From Nitrospirota bacterium (GTDB taxonomy: Bacteria > Nitrospirota > UBA9217), in NCBI GenBank assembly GCA_963818475.1, contig CAWFSF010000002.1, positions 448,001 through 512,000 on the forward strand: a stretch of 64,000 nucleotides of DNA, written 5' to 3'. This document shows positions 52,107 to 64,000 of the stretch, piece by piece. Made by a program: the position numbers and the translations under genes. The notes beneath the pieces were generated by a model. The model searched no databases, was not told the DNA's origin, and saw only the letters and a list, made by a program, of their open reading frames with translations. Position 1 is the first letter of the stretch. Every line of letters starts with the position of its first letter.

Positions 52107-53022
52107 TCAGGTCCGCATGCATCGCGGCTCCGGCGCGGACAGGTCGCCGGTGTGGTGATAGGCATGGGCAGGACAGCCGCCATGGCATGCGGCGTGAAGA
52201 TCGCAGGTCCTGCGCGGGCAGCGGTTGCAGTCAAACTCCCTGAAGAAGGAAAGCACGGGATGATGCCAGAGGGTATCCAGCGGATCGGTCAGGATGTTGC
52301 CAAGCCGGAAATCGGGCTTGCCGAAGAACAGGTTGCAGGGATAGACCGAGCCGTCGGGCATGATCCCGAGCTTTGTCGTGCCGGCGGGGCACCGGACCTT
52401 CGCCAGCTCCGGATAGGTTGCGCAGTCCGGCAGAAAGCCGGAGCAGAAGACCGTGCCCACGTTCTGTCCTTGAACCGGCCCGGTGCCGCAGGGAAAGAAC
52501 TCATCAAAGGGCACCGTGTCCCTGAGCTGCGAACCTTCGAGTGCATCTTTGTACAGCAGGTAAAAGGTCTTCGGCTTCTGCAGAGAGGATCTCCTGGACG
52601 AGATGAACATCGAGCGCACGGGTGTGGACCATCTTGACGATCGGCCGATGGTCATGCATGAACGTGCGAACCGCGGCGAACGTTGCACGGTCGTTGATCG
52701 ACATGCCGATCGAAAGGTGATCGAACCGGGCAAGCAGGTCCTGCAGCTGCGGGATGTTCGTGCCGTTCGAGCTCATGTTCACGCGCAGGCCCCGGCGTCC
52801 GGCTTCGCGCAGGAGTCCGGGCATGTCATGGTGGAGCGTCGGTTCGCCGCCCATCAGGTCGATCGTGGTAACGGGCCACTCCCTGAGCCGGTCGAGCATG
52901 GTCCTGAAATCGATGAGCTCCATGTCCTCCATGAACGGCATGGTGTGGTTGAAGCAGAACGAGCAGGACCGGTTGCACCGGAGCAGAGGATAGAGCTGGA
53001 TGTAATCAGGGCCGGTTTTCAT
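52107..53022 (-). CDS. Radical SAM/SPASM protein (frameshifted)
   Basis: CNRSCSFC, GGEPTLH, CPAG..DGSVYPC..CHGGCPA. Confidence 0.88.
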
Positions 53023-53136
53023 AATTTCTATTGCGGATTGCCGAATGCGGAATTTATCCGTTATCCTCTACCCAGCGGGGAGAGGGCTGGGTGAGGGGGG
53101 ACTTTCCGGGATGCACCAAAATTTGCTTCGTTTGCA

Positions 53137-53996
53137 TTAAATGACGAAGGATCTTCCCTTCTTCTTGATGAACCCTTCCTTCTCCATCTGAACAAGATTG
53201 TCCTTCACCCGCTCCGCGTCCATAGCGACCTTTTTCACGATCTGCAGCGCAGTGAGCGGCGCGTCAGCAACCAGGACCTTGAGTATCCTGCCCCTTACCT
53301 GCCGGTTCGAGTTCTCGAACGGGGCTCTGGCGCGTATAATGTGCGCTCCTGCGGTTGGGATTGGCATGCTGCTGCTTCAGCATGGTCCCGTAGTCCATGA
53401 GAGCATTGTACCACGTCCGGGGGTCTGCGGGGTCCATGGTCCGCTCGACAAGAGGGATGAGCTCGTCATCATGGACACCTTCCTGGTCCTGAAAGAACTC
53501 GTGGATATAGACGCGGCGGATGTTCGTGTCCATGAAGACCACGGGCTTGTTGAATGCAAAGGCCATGACAGCGCCTGCGGTGTATGTGCCGATGCCCGGG
53601 AGCGCAAGAAGCTGCTCACGCTCGGACGGCAGCCTGCCTTTATGCTCTTCCACCACTTTTTGCGCGAGGGCTTTGAGCGCAAGGGCCCGGCGGTTGTAGC
53701 CCAGGCCGGACCAGAGTGACGAGCAGCTTCGGAAGCGGGGCTTGTGCCAGAGCGGCAAAGTCCGGGAAGGCGGCAAGGAACTCCCGGTACTTCCCGATCA
53801 CCCGCTCGACCTGCGTCTGCTGGAGCATGATCTCGGACACGAGAACGCGGTAGGGGTTTCGCGTTTTTCGCCAGGGCAGATCGCGGCCGCTTGCGTGGTA
53901 ATGGCCGTAGACCTTCTTCCGGAATGCACGGACCTCTGCTGAGGTGAGCTTGCTATTGTTCTTTGTTCGAAGATGCGTTGTGGTCTTCCTGTCCAT
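53137..53996 (-). CDS. mutY: A/G-specific adenine glycosylase, short form (frameshifted)
   Basis: RDLPWR, VSEIMLQQTQV, WSGLGYNRRA, LPGIGTYTA, DTNIRRV, ALMDYG. Confidence 0.88.
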
Positions 53997-54023
53997 GGTG
54001 TCGTTCCGGGGCAGCGGTGAGTT

Positions 54024-54677
54024 TTATTTTTTTCTGAGCAGAACATAGAGTGCGCCAAGGCCGCCGTCACACTGGCGCGCGGTGACGAAGGCAATGAGGT
54101 CCTTCCGATAGCGCCCCGCAAGCCGCTTGACGACCCACGCCTTGATCTGCGGCCCCTTGAGGGAGCGGAGCCCCCTGCCGTGGATGATCTTCACGCAGCG
54201 CAGCCCTTTTTTAAAGGACTCGTCAAGGAACTGTGCAAGCTCATCGTCCGCCTCGGCAACCGTACATCCGTGGAGATCAAGAAAGGCCTGGACGGAAAAG
54301 CGCCCCGCGTGCAGTTCCGGGAGGATGGTGTCGTGATACTCCGGGCTCACCCATTCCACGTATTCCTGCGTGTCCGGCAGATGCATCGGCCGGTGTCCTG
54401 CCGCGATCTCACCGAGGACCGTGAGCGCTGCGCCGTCCGGGTCACGGCATTCGGCTGCCGCTGTCGTCTTCCGGTGATGTTGAACACAGGGGAGCGCCCT
54501 GAAGGCTTCGATCTCATGGACATCACGCATCTCGCTGCTGAACAGCTCCTCGTCCGTATATTCTTCTTTTTTCTTTCGGCGCGGCGGAGGGGGAGGCGCA
54601 GCACGTGCGTTCTGCTCCAGCTCTTTTCGGAGCTTTTCAAAAGGACGCGGGGAAAATATCGCCTTCTTGGTGCTCAT
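54024..54677 (-). CDS. Smr domain protein
   Basis: LDLHG, IIHGRG, DGGLGALYVLL. Confidence 0.9.
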   Translation of the reverse strand: MSTKKAIFSPRPFEKLRKELEQNARAAPPPPPRRKKKEEYTDEELFSSEMRDVHEIEAFRALPCVQHHRKTTAAAECRDPDGAALTVLGEIAAGHRPMHLPDTQEYVEWVSPEYHDTILPELHAGRFSVQAFLDLHGCTVAEADDELAQFLDESFKKGLRCVKIIHGRGLRSLKGPQIKAWVVKRLAGRYRKDLIAFVTARQCDGGLGALYVLLRKK

Positions 54678-54807
54678 GGAGAATTATACCCCACTTATCG
54701 CACGGAGGCTACAGGGTTTTGACTACTGATTATGGAATGGAGGAGCTCCGATTCAAGGATACCCTTGCGGGGGACGCACGTAATACGTCGGTCTGTACTG
54801 TTTACGT

Positions 54808-57383
54808 TTACCTCGAAGCAGGAGGGAAAGATCGGTCGGTAGACGGAACAGCACCGTGCGGTCCGGCTCCGGCGGCAGCTTGCCGCATCACATGGATCTT
54901 CTGTCCCGGGAAGATAAGGTCGGGCGTGGCAATGCCGTTGTCCTTTACGAGGCGCGGATAGCTGTGCGGATTCCCGGTGAACCTCTTCGCAATGTTCCAG
55001 AGATTGTCGCCTTTTACCACCGTGTACACGAACTGCGCGGGCATGGTCTGGTTCGAAGGCACGATCACGTAGAGCGGGGGGTCCTTTTCAGTCTGCGGCG
55101 CGCTCTTCTGCGTCGTTGCCTGTTTCTCCGTCGTTTCAGGCATCGACGGGCTTCGCGGCTCCTGTCGTTTGGGCATGTTGAAGAGGTAGATGGCGAGCAG
55201 CAGCAAAAACGCAATCAGGGCCGCGATGCCTAGCTGCTCCCCGTTCTTCCGTGCCATGGACTGGGCCTCCTCGGGCCGGAGTTCACGGGAGAACTGCGGT
55301 TCCGCCTGTCGGTCCGCTTCCTCTTCCCGCTTAGGCGCGTCCGCGGCTGGCTGTTGCCGCGCTGCTTCCCATTCCCGTTTGCTGGCCTCTTCTTCTGCCC
55401 GGACCCGCGCTTCTTCGGCCGCCTTCCCGCGCGCCTTTTCCAGCGCCACGGCTTCGGCCTCTGCACGCGCGCGGGCCTCTGCTTCTGATTTCATTTTTTC
55501 CGCTCTTTCCTGCGTCTGTTTTTCTTCAATGACTTTTGCGTCGGCCTCTGCTTTTAAGCGCGCCTGTTCAGCAGCCCGAGACCGTGCCTCTTCCTCTGCC
55601 TGGAGGTTCTCCGCCTCGGCGCGTAGTCGCGCTTGTTCCCGTGCGGCTGCTCTGCTGCTGTTGCCCGTGCATTTTCTCTTCTGCCCACTGTCTCGAGCGC
55701 TGCTGCCTGTGCAGCATCCCCGGCGCCGGTATGGGGAACCGGCTGCTTGTACCCCGCTGTTCCGGCGTGCATGTCCTGGCCGGGACGGGCAACCTCAGGT
55801 TGACAAACGGTCTCTATCACGGGCGGAACAGCGGAATGCGCCCATTCCTGGTCCGCTTTTGGCGCTCCAGCCGGAGGACCGGCCGGGAGGTCCGTCAGCA
55901 GATTGGACGCATCAGGATGCTGCGCCGGCGCGATCGTTGCCGTCAATCCCGATTCAGGCGCACTGGCCTCCCTCAGTTCCGGCAACAGGTCGGCCACGAA
56001 CTCACGAACGGCCACCTTCTCGAAATGGGCCGCCAGGGACTCCACGTTTAGAATAAGCCTTACCATGCCTTCGTCCAGGTAACACCCGTACAGGATCTGA
56101 TGGGGCAGTGCAATGGGCATCTGACAATGCGCTTCGACAGGGAGCAGGCGGCTCTCTGCAACCTCATCCGTTATTACGAGGGCCTGAAAATCCCCGTTGA
56201 CGAGGTGCATCATCCGGCTCAGCGTCCCGATCGGTGAGCGCCTCCCGAAAAGCGCTGCCAGGTCCAGGACCGGGAGCAGTTCTCCCCGATGTTCCGCGAC
56301 CCCCAGCACGAGCTCCGGCGCCCCCGGCACGGGAACGAACGGCAATAACGCTAGGTCATCCTTCATCTCTTCTTTGGGAATGGCATGGCGAGTGCCCAGG
56401 AGCGAGAACTCGACGATCGCGGTGTCGCTCTTCTGGAACCGCGCAGGAAACAGGGACGAAGGGCTGAAGACCGCCTGCCCCGCCCGGTCCACGGCAGTGT
56501 CTTCTGCAGCGACGAACACGTTATTGTCGACGAGCAACCATATGTTCCCCTTCGCCAGGGCAGCGGCCGGAAGCCATGGTTTCGCGGCGAGTTTCGGCAG
56601 GGCGAGCACCGTGAGGTCCGGCCCCTCGACGACTCCGAGGTCCTGATCAACGCCAACACCGTATCGGGCACTCCGCGGCCCGGCAAGAAGAAGGCCCTTT
56701 TTGCAGGCCGCCGTCCCGAAATCCAGGAACGCTTCCGGCAGCATCACCGGCACCGCTGCACCGTCGTGTAGTGTGACGCCCACAAGCCGCCTCGGCTGAC
56801 CGGGAACCGGAGCGATGCCGCCCTCCCCGAGGGCAGTGTAATCCGTATCCTCTGCGTCGACGCAGAACAGCGCGCCGCCGACCAACAGCATCCTGACACG
56901 GCGGACGTCCGACAGGTCGATGGCGCGAGCGGGCGGCCCCGGTTCCGGGGACGGAAGTTCCAGGAGACCCTGCTTCAGCCGGTCATGAAGCGTGCCTATA
57001 TTGATAATGGGTACCAGCGATGCACCGCGCAACGCGCAGGTATCCGCAACAGGCGTTGCCAGGGCGGGAGGGAGGGACAGAACACCTTCCGGAGGGCATT
57101 CAAACCCTTCAACCTTCCCATCCACGCAAAAACCGGCGATCTTGTCATTTGCATTGATAATAAGAAAGGTCCCGTCCCGGGGACTCGCAAGAGGCGGATG
57201 GCCGAGGCAGGCGCCCAGATCGGCAATGACCGCGCTGCGGTCTTCGATGATCGCGATGCCGGCGATGACAGGAGGGCTGAGCGGAAGGTGATGGAGCGGC
57301 TTCGCGCCGTAGGCCGAAGAAACCGCGGCCTCCCATACACCATAATGGGCGCCGCTGATATTGAGCAGAAGCAGGTTGGGCAT
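54808..57383 (-). CDS. 3x CheW-like + charged helix + TM + LysM protein (frameshift near 55650-55700)
   Basis: Three CheW-like repeats in 55554-57383; A/E/R/K helix, LGIAALIAFLLLLAIYLF and YTVVKGDNLWNIAKRF..PDLIFPGQKI in 54808-55494. Confidence 0.72.
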
Positions 57384-57625
57384 AGGATTAGTTGTGACGA
57401 GATGCTTCTAAATTCTCCATTCGTTCCTGTATGTTTTCCTCGGACTTCACAGGAGCAGGACCGCCCTCATCTCAACCAATCAGACGTCGTAGTAAAACCG
57501 GGCGTAGTATCGGTGAGGTGAGAGCCGGGTGAAGTCTACGAACGGCAATGTAATATAAATACCTCGACATGTAAAGACATTCATGTCAGACAAGACAGGC
57601 ATGACACAAACATTCGTGCGCGCAC

Positions 57626-57656
57626 AAAAAAAACCCATGCCGAGTATCAGCATGGG
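57626..57656 (-). terminator. rnpB terminator
   Basis: cccatgc-loop-gcatggg followed by T8 on minus strand. Confidence 0.75.
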
Positions 57657-57671
57657 CGTGAAACAAAAAGA

Positions 57672-58045
57672 TCAGAGCGGGTCGTAAGCCGAGTTCTGTC
57701 CTCCCGGTTGCCCGGAAGTGGTGATCATTTATCTGGGCCTTCGATTGCTCGAAGGCACGAGCGATCTACCCGGAAGTCTCGGACGGGCCGTCCTTACTCC
57801 CGATTGCTCGGGAGACGCTTCCCTATGTGACCTTGCTCCAGGCGGGGTTTTCCAAGCACTCCCGGTCGCCCGGGAATCTGGTGGGCTCTTACCCCACCGT
57901 TTCACCCTTACCCTTGCGGGCGGTCTTCTTTTCTGTGGCACTATCCATGGGGTCGCCCCCTGTCCCGTTTCGGGACCGCCTTGCCCTGCGGAGCTCGGAC
58001 TTTCCTCCCTCCGTTGCCGGAGAGCGATCACCTCACCCGCTCTGA
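57672..58045 (-). ncRNA. rnpB: RNase P RNA (type A)
   Basis: GAGGAAAGTCCGAGCT near 5' end, ACAGAACTCGGCTTA near 3' end, complementary termini. Confidence 0.97.
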
Positions 58046-58057
58046 ATTCAAAGAACC

Positions 58058-58162
58058 ATTGCAAAGTGCAAATTGTAAATTGTAAAATTCAAACTGAACT
58101 GCCTGTATATCTTAAGTGTTTAAGCATTTTGCACTTTAAACTTTGCATTTTGCAATTTGCAT
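58058..58162. repeat. AT-rich heptamer (TGCAAAT-type) inverted-repeat element
   Basis: tgcaaagtgcaaattgtaaattgtaaa ... ctttgcattttgcaatttgca. Confidence 0.7.
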
Positions 58163-58579
58163 TAAATCTTCTCATCGATCGCCTTGTTCGCCAGAGCATC
58201 CGCGTCGTGGTTTTGTTCCCGCGGAATGTATTGTACCTCCACGCTCCCGATCCTGGCAATCAGTTCCTTAACCCTGGCATGGAGCGGTTTCAGTCCCTCG
58301 TTCTTTACCTTGTATAGACCGTTCAGCTGCCTTACCATCAGCTCCGAATCCGCAAAGAGCCGCACCTTCGAAGCGCCAAGCTGCACGGCCCGCTCCAGGC
58401 CGATGATGGCGGCGGTATATTCAGCGATATTGTTGGTGGTCGTTCCCAGATACCGCGAGATCCCTTCCAGGGGACGGCCATGCTGACATGATGCTCACTC
58501 CTGCGCCGGCCTCGCCGGGATTGTTCCGGGAGGCGCCGTCGGTATAGATGGTCAGTTCCTTCATACTTCCTTTATCCAT
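58162..58579 (-). CDS. rnhA: Ribonuclease HI (frameshifted)
   Basis: YTDGASRNNPG, TNNIAEY, DSELMVRQ, IPREQNHDADALAN. Confidence 0.9.
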
Positions 58580-58613
58580 GGAGCAACCTTCAATCCACGG
58601 AGGTGGTCGCTGC

Positions 58614-59341
58614 TCAGGGAGCCTTTGGGCGATCGCTTCTTTATAGTACAGTATGCGGTTGCAGTTAGGGCAGGTGATGATGCTCTCGTTCTTTTTGACG
58701 TTCACATACACCTGCGGGGGAATGCTCATGTAGCAGCCGGAACAGGACTCGGCACGCGCCTCGGCAATGGCGATGCCGGCTTTGGTGTTCAACAGCTTTT
58801 CATACTGCGATGATCACTGTGGGCTGGACCAGCGAGACGATTTTCTGCTCTGGCCTGTTCCACCGCCTGCAGTTCTGTCTCGATCTTCGTGAATTCGGCC
58901 TCATGCTGTTTCTGTTCAGCCTGGATCGCGACCTCTTCCTCACGCAGCCGCTGCTCGGCAGTCGTGATCGCCGCCGCGGCGGCATCGATCTTTTCCATGA
59001 GCGAGATAATGTCATCCTCGATGGTCTTATTCTCCAGTTCTATCGTTTCGATTTCCTTCAGCAGCGCCTGGTATTCTTTGTTGTTCTTGATCTCCGACGT
59101 GCGCGTCTTCAGCTTCTCGACTTTCTGCACCCCCGCTTCCAGGTCCTGATCACGGTCCCGCTTGTTCTTCTGTGCCGTCAGAAGAGCTTCCTTGGCGCTT
59201 TCGAGCTCCGCCTGGCTTGCGGTGCGTTTGCTTTCGAGATCTAGCCAGAGCCTCGGGCAGTCTTTTTTTCTGTGCGGCAAGCGTGCGGATGTTTCCATCA
59301 ATTTCCTGAAGCTGTATAAGTAAGCCGAGCTGTTCGTCCAT
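58614..59341 (-). CDS. Coiled-coil C4 zinc ribbon protein (DUF164-like), frameshifted
   Basis: LIQLQEID, NNKEYQALLKEI, CSGCYMSIPPQ..CPNCNRILY. Confidence 0.85.
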
Positions 59342-59350
59342 CGCGCCTCC

Positions 59351-59380
59351 AAAAATAAAAATGCGCCTTGCGGCGCATTC
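59351..59380 (-). terminator. Hairpin/terminator downstream of the tRNA
   Basis: aatgcgcc-gcaa-ggcgcatt followed by tttattttt. Confidence 0.65.
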
Positions 59381-59485
59381 TTGTGAACTGAGACCTACCG
59401 TGCTGTCCGCAGGCAGATACCCGTGTTAGACTTCGCTGTCGTTGAGATCCCCTGCATCTGCTGTACATCCTTCCCCATCAGAGAG

Positions 59486-59561
59486 TGGTGGGCCCACCAG
59501 GACTCGAACCTGGGACCAACCGGTTATGAGCCGGTAGCTCTACCAACTGAGCTATGGGCCC
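59486..59561 (-). tRNA. tRNA with CAU anticodon, most likely tRNA-Ile2
   Basis: GGGCCCATAGCTCAGTTGGTAGAGC..CTCATAA..GGTTCGAGTCC..GGGCCCACCA, 76 nt with CCA. Confidence 0.92.
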
Positions 59562-59622
59562 TGCGGAAAACGCGTGTTCCAGAATGTTCCTGGTGACATG
59601 CAGGCCTGTCACAACGAGCTGC

Positions 59623-59651
59623 ATCTTGCCACAACGCTGGTAAAATGTCAA
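59623..59651 (-). promoter_or_regulatory. Putative tRNA promoter
   Basis: TTGACA-17 nt-CAAGAT. Confidence 0.5.
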
Positions 59652-59683
59652 GGAAACGCCGGGCACGGTCGAATCGTCCCCGG

Positions 59684-61516
59684 CTACTCCATGAAGCTCT
59701 TCAACTGCTTGCTTCTGCTGGGGTGGCGCAGTTTCCTGAGGGCTTTCGCTTCGATCTGCCGGATACGCTCGCGCGTCACGTCGAACTCCTGGCCGACCTC
59801 TTCGAGCGTATGGTCCGTCTGCTCGCCGATGCCGAACCGCCAGCGGAGCACCTTTTCTTCCCGCTCGGTCAGCGTGTTCAGCACCTTGCGGACCTGCTGG
59901 TGCAGGTTCTTCCGGATGGCCGATTCGAGCGGCGAGGCCACCTTCTTGTCCTCGATGAAATCACCCAGGTGGCTGTCCTCTTCCTCACCGATCGGCGTTT
60001 CCAGCGAGATGGGCTCCTTGGCGATCTTCATGATCTTGCGGACTTTTTCGACCGGCAGCTTCATCGTGGCGGCGATCTCTTCGGTGGAAGGCTCCCGCCC
60101 GAGGTCCTGCACCAGTCCGCGCGACGTGCGGATAAGCTTGTTCATGGTCTCGATCATGTGCACCGGGATGCGGATCGTCCGCGCCTGGTCCGCGATCGCC
60201 CGCGTGATGGCCTGACGGATCCACCACGTGGCATAGGTGCTGAACTTGTACCCGCGCTGCCATTCGAACTTGTCCACGGCCTTCATGAGGCCGATGTTCC
60301 CTTCCTGGATCAGGTCCAGGAACTGGAGGCCCCGGTTGGTGTACTTTTTGGCAATGGAAACGACCAGCCGCAGGTTGGCCTCAACGAGCTCGCTCTTGGC
60401 GTACTTGGCGCGCTCTTCGGCGCGCTCGTAGGACCGGAGCGCCTTTTTCAGGTCCTCGGCCGGTACGCCGCATTCGGTCTCGACCTTCTTGATGCGCTTC
60501 ACGGCATTGCGGTAGGTGCGCTCGACCGCCAGCAGGGCCTCCTGCCGCATCTCGAACCGCCGTGCGGCATTCTTGAGCTCCCGCTCGCCCTGGCGCATCC
60601 TCTTGAAAGCATCCTTCAGATCGGTCAGGGACCGGCCGGTCTTGCGTTCGAGCCCGTGGATCTCCCGCTCTGACTGCAGGACCTCGCTCACGAGCTCCCG
60701 GAGCTTCATGACGACACGGTCCGTCTGACGGCAGTGGATGTTCAGCGCTTCGAGCTTGTCGAAGAGGGCGTACCGCGTGGTCTGGATCTTTTCACGCAGG
60801 TCCTTCTTCTTCGCCTCGGTGCAGCGGCTGCTGGCCACGTGATTCACCAGCGTGTTGAGATCCTTGCTGTGCCGGTCGATCTCGCCGATCAGCTTAAGCA
60901 CGCGGGCATGCACTTCTTCCTCGTTCTGCGTCTGGATATCCTCCAGGTCGTCCTCGCCTGCATGGACGACCTCGTGGATGCTGATCTTTCCCTTCCGCAG
61001 CTTGTCGCCCAGGTCGTGCACATCCTGCAGCGAAAAAGGCAGGCTGTACAGGATCTGGGATGCTTCACGCTTCCCCTCTTCGATCCGCTTCGCGATCGAG
61101 ACCTCGCCTTCCTTGGACAGGAGGGGCACCGTCCCCATCTCCTTGAGGTAGAGGCGGACCGGATCATCGGTCTTCCCCACGCCGACCTCGACCTCTTCCT
61201 CCTCGGCCTCTTCCTCGGCCGCATCGTCGAGGCTTGCCTCCTCGGCATCAGCGCCTTCCTCCAGCTCATCTTCGGCCGGCTGACGCGTCTTGCTGTCGTG
61301 CCGCGTATCGGTGATGTCGATGTCGAGTTCGCCGTCCCCGAACAGCGAGATGATGCTGTCCAGTTGTTCCGTGGAAACATCCTCCGGAGGGATCGCGTCG
61401 CTCGCTTCCTCGTAAGGCATGTAGCCCCGCTCGGCGTTTTTCGCTGCCGGCTTTTTCGTATCCCCTGCCTTGCCCTTCTTTAACATGCGCTGGTGCTCCT
61501 TTACGTACTGCATCAT
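59684..61516 (-). CDS. rpoD: Primary sigma factor RpoD
   Basis: [64 protein letters not shown]. Confidence 0.97.
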   Translation of the reverse strand: MMQYVKEHQRMLKKGKAGDTKKPAAKNAERGYMPYEEASDAIPPEDVSTEQLDSIISLFGDGELDIDITDTRHDSKTRQPAEDELEEGADAEEASLDDAAEEEAEEEEVEVGVGKTDDPVRLYLKEMGTVPLLSKEGEVSIAKRIEEGKREASQILYSLPFSLQDVHDLGDKLRKGKISIHEVVHAGEDDLEDIQTQNEEEVHARVLKLIGEIDRHSKDLNTLVNHVASSRCTEAKKKDLREKIQTTRYALFDKLEALNIHCRQTDRVVMKLRELVSEVLQSEREIHGLERKTGRSLTDLKDAFKRMRQGERELKNAARRFEMRQEALLAVERTYRNAVKRIKKVETECGVPAEDLKKALRSYERAEERAKYAKSELVEANLRLVVSIAKKYTNRGLQFLDLIQEGNIGLMKAVDKFEWQRGYKFSTYATWWIRQAITRAIADQARTIRIPVHMIETMNKLIRTSRGLVQDLGREPSTEEIAATMKLPVEKVRKIMKIAKEPISLETPIGEEEDSHLGDFIEDKKVASPLESAIRKNLHQQVRKVLNTLTEREEKVLRWRFGIGEQTDHTLEEVGQEFDVTRERIRQIEAKALRKLRHPSRSKQLKSFME

Positions 61517-61548
61517 CTCTTTATCGCCAAGTGCGATAGAATTGGTTT

Positions 61549-63350
61549 CTACTCCGTGCTCGTACCCGACTTGCCGGGGATTTTCCTTCCCGGTCTCCTG
61601 CTCAGTTCCAGCTGTTCTTCGCTCAGCCGGACAAATTCCGCGCGGTCGCCGCGGGCAGCGGCTTCCTGGATCGCCTTTATGAGCAACTTCATTTTCTTTT
61701 CCGGGTCTTTTTGCTTGATGACCTCTACACAATCCTGAAACGATTTCGCCGGATCGTCGTAGACCATATCCAGCACGGCATAATGGGAGATGAGGCTCTT
61801 CAACTCCTCGTCCTCGTCCCGCAGCAGGGCGCCGGTATCCAGTTTCCCCTGCTCCCCCAGCATCGTGAAGATGCGTTCGGCCACGCGCTGGAACAACGGG
61901 TCGGTAAAATCACGGGGCTCGATCCGGTCCTTCAGGCTCCGCGCGATCTCCTCGTCCTTCAGCATCAGATGGATCAGGATCTCCTCCGCCCGGGGCCGTC
62001 GCCGTCCCGCCGAATGCGCGACCGGAACGTTTCCGCCAGCCGGCGCCGAGTGCGGTTTCAGCGTCTGCTTCGGCATCTCCTGCCGGAGCACGGTCTCGTC
62101 CAGCTCGAGGATCTCCGCCGTTTTCTTGAGGTAGTGGTCGCGCTCGATCCCGCTCGGCAACCGGGAGATATACGAGAGCATCTCCTCCGCTTTTTCGACC
62201 TTCTCATCGATGCTGCGGCTGGGGCTGCTCTTCACCACCTGCTCGATCACGAAGTCCATGAACTTGGATGACTCGCGCAGCCGGGCGGCAAAGGCCTCCT
62301 GGCCCTGCTTCTGCAGGAACGTGTCCGGGTCGTCACCGCCCGGCAGGGACACCACGTTCACCTTCATGCTGCTTGATACAAACAGATCGAATCCCCGGAG
62401 CGAGGCCTTTACGCCGGCCGGATCGGGGTCGAAGATCAGCACGAGCTTGTCGGCGAACCTCCGCATCAGGCGGAGATGCCCGTCGGTAAGCGCCGTTCCG
62501 AGCGTTGCCACGGCGTTCCGGATGCCGTACTGGTGGCAGGCGATCGCATCAAGGTAGCCTTCGACGATGATGAAGTATCCCTGCTTGCGGCCGTGGTCCT
62601 TGGCCATGTCCAGTCCGTACAGAACGTGGCTCTTGCTGTACAGCGCTGTTTCCGACGAGTTCAGATATTTGGGCAGGGAGTCGTCCATCACCCTGCCGCC
62701 GAAGGCGATCACCTGACCGGTCATATCGCGGATCGGGAAAATGATCCTGCCGCGGAACCGGTCGTAGTATCCCTCACCCTCGCTCCGCTTGACCACCAGC
62801 CCGGCCCGCTCCATCTGAGCAGGCGTGTAGTTCCGCTGTTTCAGATGCTTCAGCAGGCCGTCCCATTCAGGCCGCACGTAGCCGAGCGCGAACTCCCTGA
62901 TGACCGCGTCGCTCACGCCGCGCTTCCTGAGATACTCCCGCGCTGCGCTTCCGGCGGGGCCTTCCAGCTCTTTTTTGAAGTACTCTGCGGCCTCGGCGAC
63001 GATCTTGAGGAGCGTCTTTTTCTCGTCCTCGGACCTTTGTCTTGTCGGTGGTCCCGGGTATCCTGCGGCAGCGTGATGCCGGAGCGTGCCGCCAGGGTCT
63101 TGATCGCTTCAGGAAAATTAAGCCCTTCCTGCAGCTCCACAAACTTGAAAACGTCTCCGCCCACGCCGCATCCGAAACAATGAAAGATCTGTTTTTCCGT
63201 GTTCACGTTGAACGACGGGGTCTTTTCCGAATGAAAGGGGCAGAGGCCCAGCCAGTTCTTGCCCGTCTTCTTGAGCGCGACGTATCCTGAAATCAGATCG
63301 TAGACATTGATGCTGTCCCGTACCCGCCGTATGACATCCTCGGAATACAT
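61549..63350 (-). CDS. dnaG: DNA primase (frameshifted)
   Basis: [40 protein letters not shown]. Confidence 0.95.
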
Positions 63351-63351
63351 C

Positions 63352-64000
63352 TTATTTCTTCAGCTCCACAACAGTGACGCCGGCGCCGCCTTCGGCGGGC
63401 TCGCCCGCCCGCGTTGCCGCGACCAGGGGGTGATGCTTCAAATAACCGGTCATGGCGGTCTTGAGCGCCCCGGTCCCCAGTCCATGGATGATGGTCACCA
63501 CAGACAGGCCGCTGAGCCCCACCCGGTCAAGGTATCGATCTACCTCGGCAAGCGCCTCATCCACGCGAAGACCGAGAAGGTTCAGCCGGTCCGGCGCCTG
63601 CTCCAGTTCGTGAAGGTCCGCACTCCATCCCGGTGCTGCAGCCTTTCGCGACCGTCCCTCGCTCACCGGGAACCACCTCTTCCGCCGAGATCTTCAGCGT
63701 CTTCCCGTCGAGCTCGATCTCCAGAACGCCATGCTGGACGCTCAGAACCGTGCCGCTCCTGGCGAGGCGGGGGACTTTGACCTGGTCGCCGGGATGCACG
63801 TCCTGCATGCCGCCAGACGGTACGCGTCTCTGCTCAACCTGCTCAGGCTCGAGCGTGCGCACAAGGGATTCGATGTCCGAGCGGACGTTCTTGATCCCGG
63901 CCTGCTCCAGAACCCTCACGTTCGAAAGTTCCCTGAGCTTCTGCCGCATCAGCGCAAGGACGTCCCGGGCCTCCTGGTGCGCCTTGGCTCTGACCGCGCG
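63352..64000 (-). CDS. mutS2: MutS2 C-terminal part (KOW + Smr), partial and frameshifted
   Basis: PGDQVKV, LNLLGLRVDEAL, IIHGLGTGAL, EGGAGVTVVEL. Confidence 0.88.

Noticed and set aside
58421-58792. Apparent zinc ribbon-RNase HI fusion ORF
   Set aside because: Adding one A to the caaag run gives ..AQKAP* ending at 58614; likely an indel artefact.
1128-64000. Widespread pseudogenisation or programmed frameshifting (kinase, ftsQ, murG, lon-like, plsC-like, prfC, radical SAM, mutY, rnhA, dnaG, mutS2)
   Set aside because: Single-base indels hit essential genes while the rest of each protein is intact; most consistent with uncorrected long-read error.

Overview
GC-rich (~60%) bacterial chromosomal segment. 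Gene order resembles Nitrospirota/Desulfobacterota (inference). It holds a complete dcw operon (mraZ-STAS-rsmH-ftsL-ftsI-murE-murF-mraY-murD-ftsW-murG-murC-murB-ddl-ftsQ-ftsA-ftsZ), a mutS2-dnaG-rpoD-tRNA(CAU)-zinc ribbon-rnhA-rnpB block, and scattered housekeeping genes. Many genes, including essential ones, are split by single-base frameshifts, most likely sequencing error. The main accessory region (~33.7-40.4 kb) is an AT-rich integron-like cassette array with no integrase in the window: four cassettes with attC sites and a candidate attI. Next to the candidate attI are five 18-bp palindromes and a decayed small gene interrupted by an IS1182-like element. Other highlights are a probable 3xCheW-coiled coil-TM-LysM protein, tandem Cys-rich two-CW paralogues, and many small intergenic inverted-repeat elements with 7- or 9-nt periodicity, one apparently translated in RsmH.
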